Source of the DNA: the human T2T-CHM13v2.0 reference genome, Homo sapiens | Direction: 5' to 3' (one strand) | Assembly: GCF_009914755.1 (NCBI RefSeq) | Contig: NC_060925.1 | Length of the DNA stretch: 64,000 bases | Shown: piece after piece, positions 39,549 through 51,737 of the stretch | How positions within the stretch are numbered: position 1 is the stretch's first letter | How the letters are laid out: each line of letters opens with the position of its first letter | Notes under the pieces: generated by a model | What the model was told of the DNA's origin: nothing | The model's input: the letters and a program-made list of their open reading frames with translations, nothing else | Databases searched by the model: none | Translations under genes and position numbers: made by a program

Positions 39549-39954
39549 TGTATTAGTTTGTTTTCACACTGTATTAGTTTGTTTTCACACTCAGTAATGA
39601 TACTACCTGAGACGGGCTAATTTATAAGGAAATTAGGTTTGAAAGGAAAGAGGTTCATTTGACTCACATTTCCACATGTAGCTCAGGAGGCCTCAGGAAA
39701 CTTATAATCATGGCAGAAGGTGAAGAGGAAGCAGGCACCTTCTTCCAAGGTGGCAGGAGAGAGAGCGCGAGCAAAGCGGAAACTGCCAAACACTTTTAAA
39801 ACCATAAATTCTCGTGAGAACTCACTATCACGAGAACAGCAAGGGGGAAACCGCCCCCATGATCCAATCACTTCCCACCAGGTCCCTCTCTTGACACATC
39901 AGGATTAAATTTCCACATACAATTTGCGGGGAGACACACAGCAAAATCATATTG
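39549..39954 (-). mobile_element. THE1D/MSTA-type MaLR solo LTR
   Basis: tgtattagtttgttttcacact...ggaggcctcaggaaacttataatcatggcagaagg...catgatccaatcac; 5-bp TSD gttta/gtata. Confidence 0.92.
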
Positions 39955-40425
39955 GTATATGTGACAATTTTGATGGCAAAGAAGCAGTGTTAAAATTGCT
40001 CCTCATTCTCAACACCATTTGAAGTTTTCACTCTCTAAATCTTACCATTCTAATGGCTGTGTAAACATTATCACATCATAGTTTAAACTTATTTTCCCTA
40101 ATAATATATGATCGTCAGTTCATTTCCATGTGTTTATTGGCCATTCATATATCTTATATATCATTCTTTGTGAAGAATCAATTTTAGTCCACTTTGACTA
40201 TTTGCAGTTGGATTGTTTATCCATTTTTCTTCTCATTATTAACATTTATATCCACATACATATTAGGAGTGCTGAACTTACAACTAAAATAGTTCATTTG
40301 TCTACTTATTTTAGTCCTATTAGAATTTACTTCAAGTATTTTGAGTTCTGTTATAAAGTAAAAACATACTGATAATTGCTATCTTTTTTTAAAATTGGAC
40401 CCTTTCATCTTTATGAAATTCTCCT

Positions 40426-40903
40426 TGTTATGGGTTGAATATTGTATTTCAAAACAATACATGGAAGTCTTAACCCCTAGTACCTCAGAATGTGACCTTT
40501 TTTTGAAATCTGGTATTTAAAGAAATAATCACATAAAAATGAGGTCATGGGGGCAAACCCTAATGCAATACGATTGGTGTTCTTATAAAAAGAAGAAATG
40601 TTGACACAGAGAGAGAAACAAAGGCAGAAGGAAAAACATGTAGAAACACAGGATGAATATCATTTGAAGATTAAAACTATGCTGTCACAAGCCAAGGAAT
40701 GCTAAAGATGGCCAGCAAACTACAAGAAGCTAGGAGAAAAGGCATGGAACAGGTTCTTATTTCCAGCCCGCAAAAGGAACAAATACTGCTGACACCTCTA
40801 TTTCAGACTTGTGGCTTCAAGAACTGTGTAACAATACAATTCTGTTGTTTCAGTCACCTAGTTTTGTGGTTGTTTGTTGTGGCAGCATTAGGAATCTAAT
40901 ATT
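40426..40903 (+). mobile_element. MLT1C-like MaLR LTR
   Basis: tgttatgggttgaat...ccctagtacctcagaatgtgacc...cacaagccaaggaatgc...gaagctaggaga...ggcagcattaggaatctaata. Confidence 0.88.
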
Positions 40904-41332
40904 ATATATATATATACACATACACACACATATATGTTATACATATGTGTGTATATATATATATCTGATAACCTTTCTTGCTCTGAATTCTATTTTGTCT
41001 CATATTAATATAGTTACTGTAGTTTAAGATTATCGCAGTTACCTTTGTCCATCTTTTTACTTTTAATCAGTCTGTTCATTTACATTTGAAATGTACTTGA
41101 AATGTTTTATGAACAACACATAGATGTGTTTTAGTTATATAAGTGCACTGATATTCTCTGACTTTGAAGGTTGAAATCATTTATATTTAATATAATTATT
41201 AATATGGTTACATTTAAATCTACCATCTTGCTATTTGTTTTCTAATTTTTCTATCTGTTCTTCCTCTTAACTTACCCTTTATTTACCATAAAGTTTTAAT
41301 GGAAGATTTTTTTAAAAAAATGCTTAATGACT

Positions 41333-42925
41333 GAGGGGACAGAGCAAAATGGTGGAACAGAAAGCTCCGCTAATCATACCCCCGTAATGACAACAATTTA
41401 ACGGCTATCTACACACGAGAAAGCACCTTCATAAGAACCAAAAATCAGGTGAGCACTCATAATACCTGGTTTTACCTTTATACTGATGAAAGACTCACTA
41501 AAGAGGCAGGAAAAACAGCCTTGAATCACCAACGGCTTTCCTCCCCCAACTCCTGGTAGTGACAGTATGGTGCAGAGACATTTCTGTTTGCTATGGAGAG
41601 GGAGAACACAGCAATTGTGAGACATTGAACTCAGTACTGCTCTATGATAGTAGAAAGAAATACTGAACCAAATTCTACTCATGCCCACACAGAGAGGGAG
41701 TATTTAAACCAGCCTTAGCCAGAGGGGAATCACTGACCCCAGTGGTCAGAACCTGAGCTCCCACTAGCCTCGCCACCGTCGGCTAAAGTGCTCTGAGGCT
41801 CTAAATAAACTTGAAAGGGAGTCTAGGCCACAAAGACTGAAACTGCTTGGTGAGTCCTAGTGCTGAACTTGGCCCAGAGGCAGCAGACTGGGGAGGCACA
41901 TGACCTACTGAGACACCAGCTATGGTGGCTAAGGGAGTGCTGCCATCACCAGTTTCCTAACCCCAGGCTGCACAGCTTATGGCTCCGAAAGAGACCCTTT
42001 TCTTTCACTTGAGGAGAGGAGAGAGAATAGTGTTGCACTTTGTCTTACATCTTGGATACCAGTTTCGCTGCAGCAGGATAGGGCACTAGTAAGAGTCATG
42101 AGGCCCCCTTTCTGGGTGGGCCCAAGCTCCCAGATGACATTTCTGGACATTCCTTGGGCCAGAAGGGAACCTGATGCCTTAAAAGAAATGACCCAGTCCT
42201 GACAATATTCATCACCTGCCAACCGAATAGCCCTTAAGCTCTGAATAAGCAGCAGAAATACCCAGATAGTAGGTCATGGGCCTTGGGTGAGACTCTGAGA
42301 CTTGCTGGCTTCAGGTGAGACTGAACACATTCCCAGCTGGGGTGGCTACAGGAGAAGACTTGTTCTGCTTGAAAAAAGCAGAGGGAAAATAAATAGAAGA
42401 CTCTGTCTCGCTCCTTAGTTACCAGCTCATACACAAGGAGAGTAGAGAACCAAGCAGGTTCTTGGGGTCCCCAATTCCAGGAAATGGCTTTTTGGATGAC
42501 ATTTCTGGACCTGCCGTGGGCCAGAGGGGAGTCCAGTACCCTGAGGGGTGCATCACAGTCCTGGCAGCATTCACCACAAGCTGAGTTAAGAGTCCTTAGG
42601 CCTTATGGGAACATCAGTGGTAGTCCGGCAGTACTCCTCATGGCGGGTAGTGGCGATGTCCACAGGGTGAGCTTCCTCTGCCTTTAGAAAGGGGAGAGAA
42701 GGGTGGAAAGGACTGTGTCTTGTGTTTTGAGTGTCAGCTCACTCAAAGTACAATAGAACACCAGATAGACTTCTAAGGTTTTGGGATCTGGTGCCTGAAT
42801 CCTGGACAGCACTCTGGACCTGCCAAAGGCTTGGAGGAACTCACTGCCCTGAAGGGAAAGATGCAAGCTTGGCTGGCTTTGCCACTGGCTGATTGTAGAG
42901 CGCCAGGGCCTTAAGTGATATAGGT
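41333..42925 (+). mobile_element. L1M1/L1MA-type LINE-1 5'UTR
   Basis: Starts gaggggacagagcaaaatggtggaacagaaagctcc; aaagcaccttcataagaaccaaaaatcaggtgagcac; GC-richer with internal repeats (gatgacatttctggac twice). Confidence 0.8.
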
Positions 42926-43047
42926 GTGAGTAATAACATTAATTATTAACATATTAATAATTATATTAGTACATTATATGTTTGATCTTTTTAAAGAGGC
43001 ATTAATAACCAGAATATAATAATTATATTATATATTAATTATATATT

Positions 43048-44385
43048 AATCCATCTGATAAGGGATTAATAACCAGAATATATAAGGAGATAAAAGAACT
43101 CTATAGGAAAAAAAATCTAGCAATCCGATTTAAAAATGAGCAAAATATTTGAACAGACATTTCTTAAAAGAAGATACACAAAATGCTTACAAATTGCAAA
43201 CAATATTTAAAACAGCGTATGTCCAAAAGAGAGACAATAACAAATGCTGGCAAGGATGTGGAGTAAAGAGGACCCTTGTAAGCTGTTAGTGAGAATGTAA
43301 ATTGCTATATACACCATATGGTAATTACTATACTATAGAGAACAGTTTGGAGGTTTCTCAAAAAACTTAAGATAGAGCTACCATAAGATCCAGCAATCCT
43401 TCTGCAGGGTATATACCCAAAATAAGGGAAATAAGTATATTAAAGAGATATCTGTATTCTCATGTTTCTTGCAGTGCTGTACACAGTACCCAAGATATGG
43501 AAGCAACCTAAGTGACCATCAACAGATGAATGGATAAAGAAAATGTGGGGCCAGGCGCAGTGGCTCACGCCTGTAATCCCAGCACTTTGGCAGGCCCAGG
43601 CGGGAGGATCACGAGGTCAGGAGATCGAGGCCATCCTGACTAACGTGGTGAAACCCCGTCTCTACTAAAATTATAAAAAAATTAGCCGGCCGTGGTGGCG
43701 GGCCCCTGTAGTCCCAGCTACTCTACTCGGGAGGCTGAGGCAGAAGAATGGCGTGAACCCGGGGGGCGGAGCTTGCAGTGAGCCGAGATAGTGCAACTGC
43801 ACTCCAGCCTGGGCGACAGAGCGAGACTCTGTCTCAAAAAAAAAAAGTGGTACCTATACACAATGGAGTACTATTCCACCATAAAAATTAATGAAATCCT
43901 GTCATTTGGAACAACATGTATAGAACTGGAGGTTATTATGTTAAGTAAAATAAATCAGGCATAGAAAGACAAACATCAACTGTTCTCATTTATTTGTGCG
44001 ACCTAAAAACAAAACAATTGAACTCATAGAGAGAGAGAGTAGACGGATGGTTACCAGATGCTGTGAACAGTAGGGGGAAGGTTGGGGGTAGGTTGGGATG
44101 GTTAGTGGTTTTAAAAAAAATCGTTAGAATAAATAGGACAAAGAATTAGATCGCACAACAGGGTGACTATAGTCAATAATTATTTAATTGTACATCTTAA
44201 AATAACTAAAAGAGTATAACAGGATTGTCTGTAACACAAAGGATAAATGCTTGAGGGGATGAATATATCATTTTCATGATGTGATTATTACTCATTGCAT
44301 GCCTGTATCAAAACATTTTATGTACTCCATAAACACATACACCTACTATGTACACATAATAAGAAGAAATAAAAATTTTAAAAAT
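43048..44385 (+). mobile_element. L1MA2-like 3' end (ORF2 tail plus 3'UTR), interrupted by AluY
   Basis: atccatctgataagggattaataaccagaatatataagg; 3'UTR aaaataactaaaagagtata...ggataaatgcttgagggg...cacctactatgtac. Confidence 0.9.
43549..43846 (+). mobile_element. AluY nested in L1MA2
   Basis: CpG-rich, Y diagnostics; flanks aaagaaaatgtgg / aaaaagtgg; L1 sequence resumes (tacctatacacaatgg). Confidence 0.97.
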
Positions 44386-44480
44386 AAACTATATTCCTCA
44401 AGGTATGGTATTTTCCCTTAATTTTCATGTATAATGGACTATCATAAACTGATATATCCTAAAAATATATGTAGGATTTT

Positions 44481-44828
44481 TTTATGGTTTGAATATTGGT
44501 GTCCTCCTCAAATTCATATGTTGGAACCTAACATTAATAGTACTGAGTGCTGGGGGGTCTTTGGAAAGTGATTATTTCCTGTGGGCTATACCTTCATAAC
44601 TAAATGAATGCCCTTATAAAAGAGGCTCAAACAAGCTTTCCTTCTCTATCTACCATGTGAGGGTAGAGCAAGAAGGCAAAGCAGACATAGCCCTCAACAA
44701 ATATTGAATCTGCCAGCACCTGGATTTTGTACTTTCCAGCTTCCAGTACTGTGAGCAGTATATTTCTGTTTTTTGTAAATTACTGAGTCTGCAATATTTG
44801 GTTATAGCAACCTGAATGGACTAAGACA
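44481..44828 (+). mobile_element. MLT1A/MSTD-like MaLR LTR
   Basis: tatggtttgaat...aaattcatatgttg...gcccttataaaagaggc...gaatctgccagcacc...gttatagcaacctgaatggactaagaca. Confidence 0.88.
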
Positions 44829-45357
44829 GTATTAAGCTATTTAACTGGAAATTTATTATGTATAATTATTTTTCTTAATTGTTTATTGGTTCATCAACGT
44901 GTAATGTATTCTCATGTGTCAAAAATCTTTCCATATATGAATATTTTAAAAATTGTTGCATTCGAAAATAATAAAAGGAGTTTAACAGAGACCCCAACTT
45001 TTTTTTGTTCCTCACTCTTTCCTTCTTTCCTAATTTATAATTCATCTCCCTTCAAAGTTTATTAGCTTACATGAACACCAAAATTGAGACTAAATTTCAC
45101 CTGCAGTTAAATGGGGTGACTGGGAGGTAAAAGGAATTGAAATACGTAACTTCTCAATCATGCCCTTCAAATGATTAGATGTCTACTTATACTTTGTTTT
45201 TCATTGGCTGGAAAACAGCAAAAGTGTCAGAACTTACTATGCAGAGGAGCACTACACCTTAGTGCTGATGGTACAAAAATACAGAAGGGAATGGATAACA
45301 TTTTAGAGCTAAGGCACCTGCCAACCCTAAACTTCCCACTTACATCTGACTGGTATA

Positions 45358-45430
45358 TTAGGTGGGTGCAAAAGTAATTGCAGTTTCTGCCATTACTATA
45401 AGAGAGCAATATCACGATTGCACCATGTAA
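45358..45430. mobile_element. MADE1 mariner MITE, degenerate right half
   Basis: ttaggtgggtgcaaaagtaattgcagtttctgccattact matches the Hsmar1-derived TIR; preceded by TA. Confidence 0.75.
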
Positions 45431-46048
45431 TTGTGGTTACTTTTATCACTACAATTTGGCTCATTCTCTATGGCAAGCATTAATTAAATATTTGATTTTT
45501 CATTCGTAAAAACCTGGAAATCTAAATGCCAAACAGTTCTAAAATTTCAAACACGGAACGATTACATCGTTTCTACATATAACTTCCTTTGCTTTCTTTA
45601 ATTTCAACCATCATTACATACTTGGCAAACCTTTCATAATGGAACTATTAGTGACTACAGGAATAAAGTTTTAGTATAAGCCAATATTCATTTAAAAATA
45701 ACTTCTTTAATGATTATAATAAAGTCTTTACTCTTCTGAGTTTTTTTTGTATCTCAAGCATACTTTGTGTGATTTTGCTATTTTATTTTTATACTTCTGA
45801 TTATAATTATAAATCAAAACTGCAAGGATGAATTATGAATTAAATTTGGTTGCCCAGAAAGATTTTTATAAGACAAGATAGTATATGAGTTTATGTTATT
45901 TGCAGGCATAGAATTTATATTTAATCCGTACTTTAAGAATCACCATCTGTATGATTTAAACATGTTAATAAAACACTCTTCTATTAAAAATATAGATTTA
46001 TATTATGTTTTGTAAAGAGACAATACTATATACAGTTATATAAATTAA

Positions 46049-46412
<364 letters not shown>

Positions 46413-47499
46413 CCGTGAGGATGTTTTTAATTAAAATTTATGTTATATATTTGAAAGATGCTGAGATCTATATGTAGTTCCATTATATTATTTTCTATTA
46501 TTTTGTAAATTAGTAATACCTTTTATTATAAAATGGTAACATTATATGCATTTAATTGTGGTATAAATATATTATTTTATTACCTCTTTTATTTTAACTT
46601 TGCTTTTTGCCATGATCATACAGCATGTACTCTGAAAATGGTGGTTCTATCAGCTCTTATCTAATATATTTTCTCTAACTGATTAACAAAAGTCTACTTA
46701 TTCTTCAGAAGGTGATAAAATCTGAGTTTCTTATAATGATGTGTATTTAGTGGAGATCAAAAGCACACATTTGAAAATATAACAATCAAAGTGGAAGCTG
46801 GCTTCCAATAAGAAAATAAGTATAAATGTTGGCAGTTTGTCTGGACTGGCTTATGGAACTGAGTAAAAAGCATCGTCAGTTTTCATGTTTACTCAGCTAA
46901 ACGTTATTGTCTGTATGTATCACCAATAGGAAACTAAATGAACACATAAATTATGAAAGTTGCAATCTTTTTATTGTCCTCCTTATTGTGAGGATTTAGT
47001 TTTTACTTATAGTCATATATAATTTATTTTTCAAATGATTGAAAAAATTAAATTTATTCATATGGAAACATTTTCTTAATTGTAAAGCATGTAATATGTA
47101 ATTTTATGATGGTTATTTCAAATACAACCCATTCTCCTAATTCCTATCTGTTACATTGCAGATACACAAAGTTAAATTAATAATTATGATATTAAACATG
47201 CAATGCAATGATACTCCCCCAAGATATTCATCTTTAGAGATATAAAGTTTTAATAAACAAATACTATTATTTAACTCAATATTTATCAACAGAAGTTTTG
47301 GAAATCATTGTCTCAAGTCCTTTGTAAATAATCTTAAAAATCCTATCTCTATCTCTTAAACAGAGAGTTTATTTCATTTGGCCTAACACTTTTATTAAAA
47401 TGGATTTCCAGGAAGTATTTTTTCTTATGCAATTCATTTCTTGGATATATTTAAATCTTTTGTGTGTTCAACACTCAGAATACCATTCAAAGGACACTA

Positions 47500-48507
47500 A
47501 TACATAAATAACTAACCCTGGCATTTCTTAAATATATAATCTGAGCCAAAATTTTAATTTTCCCTTTCAAACAGGTTTATCTCACAGTCTTAAATAGCAA
47601 TGTATTTTTTTTTTTGCTTACGCAAAACAAGAAAGCAAATACCACCACTGTAACAACAAACCTTGGATTTGTTCTTATTTGCTCTCTTATAACACCCACG
47701 CAATCACTAATGTGGTCTAATTCACACCTCTTCAAAATACCTCATCTGACTGATTTTACTTTGCAATCCTACCCGGAATAGTTACTAGAAGAGTTTTTGT
47801 CTGTTTGTTTGTTTGTTTGTTTTTTTCAACTCTCTCTGCTTTTCTTTTCCTCTTCCAGTTTCTCTTTAATACAGAAGTGAGAATGTGCCCTAGTCCCAAA
47901 TGTGCACAGGTGTCACTCGATCAAAAGAGTATAGTAGATTGAGTCAGTATAATGGCTTTGCGTTTCACTCAAATTACGCCCAAAATTTTTACAGTGGTCT
48001 AAAATGCCTTAAAAATCTGGCCTCCTGCTAACTCTGGGGAATCGCCTTCCCTCTAGCAGCAAGCATGCTTGCACCTGAGACTAGCACTTGTTCTTTGCTT
48101 TTCCTGAAATTCCTGTCCTCTGGAGATCTTCCTAACTCATGTCTTAACTTTTTTCAGGTCCTACTCAAACATAAGATTTCTAGGTAATTTTTCTCTTAAG
48201 TCTCTGGGTAATGTAGCAGTATTTCACCCTTGGTTTTGCCTATGCTTCTTTGTTAGTTTTCATAGTACATGTAATGACTTTGACACACACACACACCAGG
48301 TATATGCCACACAAATGTATACAAATATATACATATATGTACACACACACATACATATACACATTTAAATACATATAGTTTGTCTCTCAGACACCAGAAT
48401 GATAGCCCTATTAAAATGGCAAGTTTGTTCACATGGATTTTATTTATTTATTATGGGTTCCCAAAGCCTTGTACACTGCCTGGCACACTTCTGTTAAATA
48501 AATGAAC
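47500..48507 (+). mobile_element. L2 3' region remnant
   Basis: aaatctggcctcctgctaactct...ttcaggtcctactcaaac...cactgcctggcacac...gttaaataaatgaa. Confidence 0.7.
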
Positions 48508-49118
48508 TGTAAAATATCATCTTTGCTTAAACTATCTTAAAAATGTTGCATTGTCTTCCTTATGAGAATGTGTATAAAACATACATTCAAAAATAATTGA
48601 CTGGGTAAAAATTAACAAGAGCTAAAACCTTTATCTCTCCTTCTTAGGACATATTTCGACTTTCTGTTTGCTTCTTCTATTTTTGTACCTCCCAGTCACT
48701 CCTTAACTCACAGCTGCAGTTTGAATTTAATGCCTTCCAACATAAGTAAACTGCTCTAGCCAACATTGCCATTACTTCTTTCCTGTAAAATTCAATTAAA
48801 AAATTTAGTTATGTTTGTCCTGCTGGTGACATAATTAAACACAAAATTCACATAACACCACATCTTTATTCCCCTTCTGCCTTTTTGGCTGGTACTTTTC
48901 AGTTCACTTTGTGAATTCTTCTTTATCTTTTTCCTGGCTTTATATTTTATTCTGAAGTATATGATATAACTTCTAGATATGTTTCAAAAGAGATTTTGAA
49001 TAATTTAAATGTTGAAGGGGAAAAATGTCCATTTTGCTTTGAGCCTCTATTTATAATAGAAGAGTATGTAATGTAAAACCTGAGTATCATGTTTCTCAGG
49101 AAATGTGAAAAGTAAATA

Positions 49119-49263
49119 CTTTTTTTATTATACTTTAAGTTCTAGGGTACATGTGCACAACATGCAGGTTTGTTACATATGTATACATGTGCCATGTTGG
49201 TGTGCTGCACCCATTAACTCATCATTTACATTGGGTATATCTCCTAATGCTATCCCTCCCTCC
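49119..49263 (-). mobile_element. Short L1PA4/5-like 3' end
   Basis: ttattatactttaagttctagggtacatgtgcacaac...ctcctaatgctatccctccc. Confidence 0.95.
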
Positions 49264-50304
49264 TTTGATCAAATTATCAAATAATTTGATATTTTAAGAA
49301 ATTGAAAATAGAATATTTTCACCAAAATGCAAATAAATTATGAGTAGCATAAATGTCTTTCTGTTGAGTAAATATTTTGGGTCTCAATTGTTCTTCCATA
49401 TTATGACTCTATGCGATACTTTATATTTGCCACCTGTATATAAGGTCAGGGACTGTAGTTGGGAGAGCATGTTGCATCAAAAACGGACACAGTCTAAACA
49501 TTTTTTAAAAACTGTGTGCATTTTTGTGCATAAAACGTCATTTTCATTCTTTCAAAAGCAGCTATATATGCCTGCCTACCACCAATATATTGTCAGAATT
49601 AATTGCATCTTGCTTTTTATGAATAAACATCCACAATTGGAAACCTCATTAACAGATTCTCCCCTAATTTCTCTTGCTCCAAATCCTGGTATAACTCTCA
49701 ATTCCTTGCAATACATTTCAGACTTCCCACTTCTTGAAAAATGTTTCCTACACTTGAACTAATTTATCAAACATTCCTCATATTTTCATGCTTCAATAAA
49801 AACCTGGCCCACCTATGAAGTGACAACATCCACCGCAATTTTCCTGAATATAGAAGGCTTATTCTTACTGACTGTCTATTTGAAAAGAATTAAGTCTGAT
49901 ATCTTTTTATGCATCAATTTAACCACATAAAATAGTTATTGCACTACTTAAAAAATTACTCTATGGTATTTTTCCATATACCCATTGTATGCTCTACCAC
50001 TCATTGCTATATTCTATAAGACTACCAAATATACTATTTCATTTGCTGCAATCTGGTTCTTGATTCAAATTTTCTCTCTCTGTGATGCAGTATTTGCCTT
50101 CATCCTGAGTGAATTCAAAATCCATGCTGACCAACCATATAACCATCTAACCTTTTAGATCTCTAATCAAAAATTCAGTAATTCAGAAATCCTCTTCTCT
50201 ACTTTTTATCAGTTATTATTCTCATGATCACATCCTGGAATTTATCATTGATTAATGATGTTCAAGCTCTGACAACTCTAAGTTAGATGTTTCACTGCGT
50301 GAGA

Positions 50305-50512
50305 AGAACCTTCTATTCATACTGCCTCCATGCACAACTACATCCATGATAACTCTAGAACCTTCTATTCATACTGCCTCCATGCACAACTACATCCATG
50401 ATAACTCTAGAACCTTCTATTCATACTGCCTCCATGCACAACTACATCCATGATAACTCTAGAACCTTCTATTCATACTGCCTCCATGCACAACTACATC
50501 CGTGATAACTCT
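50305..50512. repeat. 52-bp minisatellite, 4 copies
   Basis: Units start at 50305, 50357, 50409, 50461; first three identical, fourth has one substitution (G at 50502). Confidence 0.99.
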
Positions 50513-50737
50513 GCTCTGCTTTGCCAAGTAGTTCATTTTCCCCGACCATTAGGCAGACTCTTCTGACCTCACTGAGTTTAAACTCTATGGTTAAAATGAA
50601 TGCATCTTTTTGAAGATACAGTAAATGTCCTTGGCTCTTTTCCCTTCTAATATCCCTATAAGGGGAAACTGCAATCCTAGATCAATACACCTGGTTTTGC
50701 TTATTACCTTCTGTACTTTTACAAATATCTGACATCC

Positions 50738-50844
50738 GGGCAATCTGCTCGGGTCCCCTTCCATGCTGTGGAAGCTTTGTTCTTTGGCTCTTCACAGTAA
50801 ATCTTGCTGCTGCTAAAAATAAAACAAAACAAAACAAAACAAAA
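50738..50844 (+). mobile_element. Processed (A-tailed) LTR12/ERV9 R-region retrocopy
   Basis: 77 nt homologous to the LTR12 R region (compare 31572-31647), stopping 13 nt after the poly(A) signal; A/(AAAAC)n tail; 17-bp TSD with 2 mismatches. Confidence 0.85.
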
Positions 50845-51603
50845 ACAAATATCTTACATACTTATTCTCCCTCCAATCTCAACAAACAATCTCCTTATCT
50901 AGTTAAAATTAAAGAAAAAAAGTTAGAGAGAAGATAGAACAGAACCTCTTTAACTTCTTACCACCAAGTAAACAAGGTACAAAAAAATGACATTAACATT
51001 TATTTAATTATTTCTCAAGTGAATTCTACTGGATAAGAGGAAAATATATTTTTTTCATCACCTTTGGCTAATAACCATTAATTATTCTAATGACTTTCCT
51101 CCCTACCCAGCCATTATTTGTTGGAGTTTTCAGCAATCTCTCATATGTATATTCTCTTCTCAATTCACGTACTTACTTAGGTGACTATATTGACTCCTGT
51201 GGCCCCAGCTGGCTCTAGGTTTGAGCAGTCTTCTCACTCTCAGACTTATATATCTGTTTTGTCACCAGACATCTCAACTTGAATTGTTGCTGGACATTTC
51301 ATATTCAACAGACTCATCAATTATTTAATATTTATTTCCCAAATTTGCTTGTTTGTTATTCTTCCCTATTTTACAATATTGTACCTTTAACTATGTTTAT
51401 GCCAAAAAAAGGGCAGCCATATTTTTCAAAATTTAATCCGAAAGGGATTAACCTATATAGGCAATTAATCTCTAAATTTGATCAATTCTACTTCACATAC
51501 ATATTAATTCTACTCCGTATATATCTCTTTTGTTTCTCCCATTCTCTTTAACACCACTATTAATACTGCAATTCATACTAGAACCTTCCCTCTCTTCCCT
51601 CCC

Positions 51604-51606
<3 letters not shown>

Positions 51607-51654
<48 letters not shown>
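51607..51654. repeat. (GAT)16 microsatellite
   Basis: 48-bp perfect run at the tail end of an antisense Alu fragment. Confidence 0.98.
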
Positions 51655-51655
<1 letters not shown>

Positions 51656-51737
51656 ATTTAAGACAGAGTCTCACTCTGTCATCCAGGCTAGAGTGTAGTG
51701 GTGTGAACATAGCTCACTGGAACCTCAACCTCCTGTT
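51655..51737 (-). mobile_element. Short AluJ/FRAM 3' fragment
   Basis: agacagagtctcactctgtcatccaggctagagtgtagtgg...atagctcactggaacctcaacctcctg; flanks ccctggat / cccaggat. Confidence 0.85.

Larger units (their letters stand above)
39370..41270 (-). mobile_element. Fragmented old L1M, interrupted by two MaLR LTRs
   Basis: Antisense L1 3' end at 39370-39490; tgtttattggccattcatatatctt at about 40135; tctattttgtctcatattaatatag and tttatatttaatataattattaatatggtt at 40990-41210. Confidence 0.6.

Noticed and set aside
41900-42900. Internal repeats roughly 360-420 bp apart in the GC-richer block
   Set aside because: Consistent with the repeated structure of old L1 5'UTRs.
49340-49762. 140-aa ORF in non-Alu DNA
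   Set aside because: No recognisable domain, composition reflects AT-rich DNA, and no supporting gene structure.
50305-50512. CRISPR-like array
   Set aside because: Units are head-to-tail with no unique spacers, there are no cas genes, and the context is a primate genome; it is a minisatellite.
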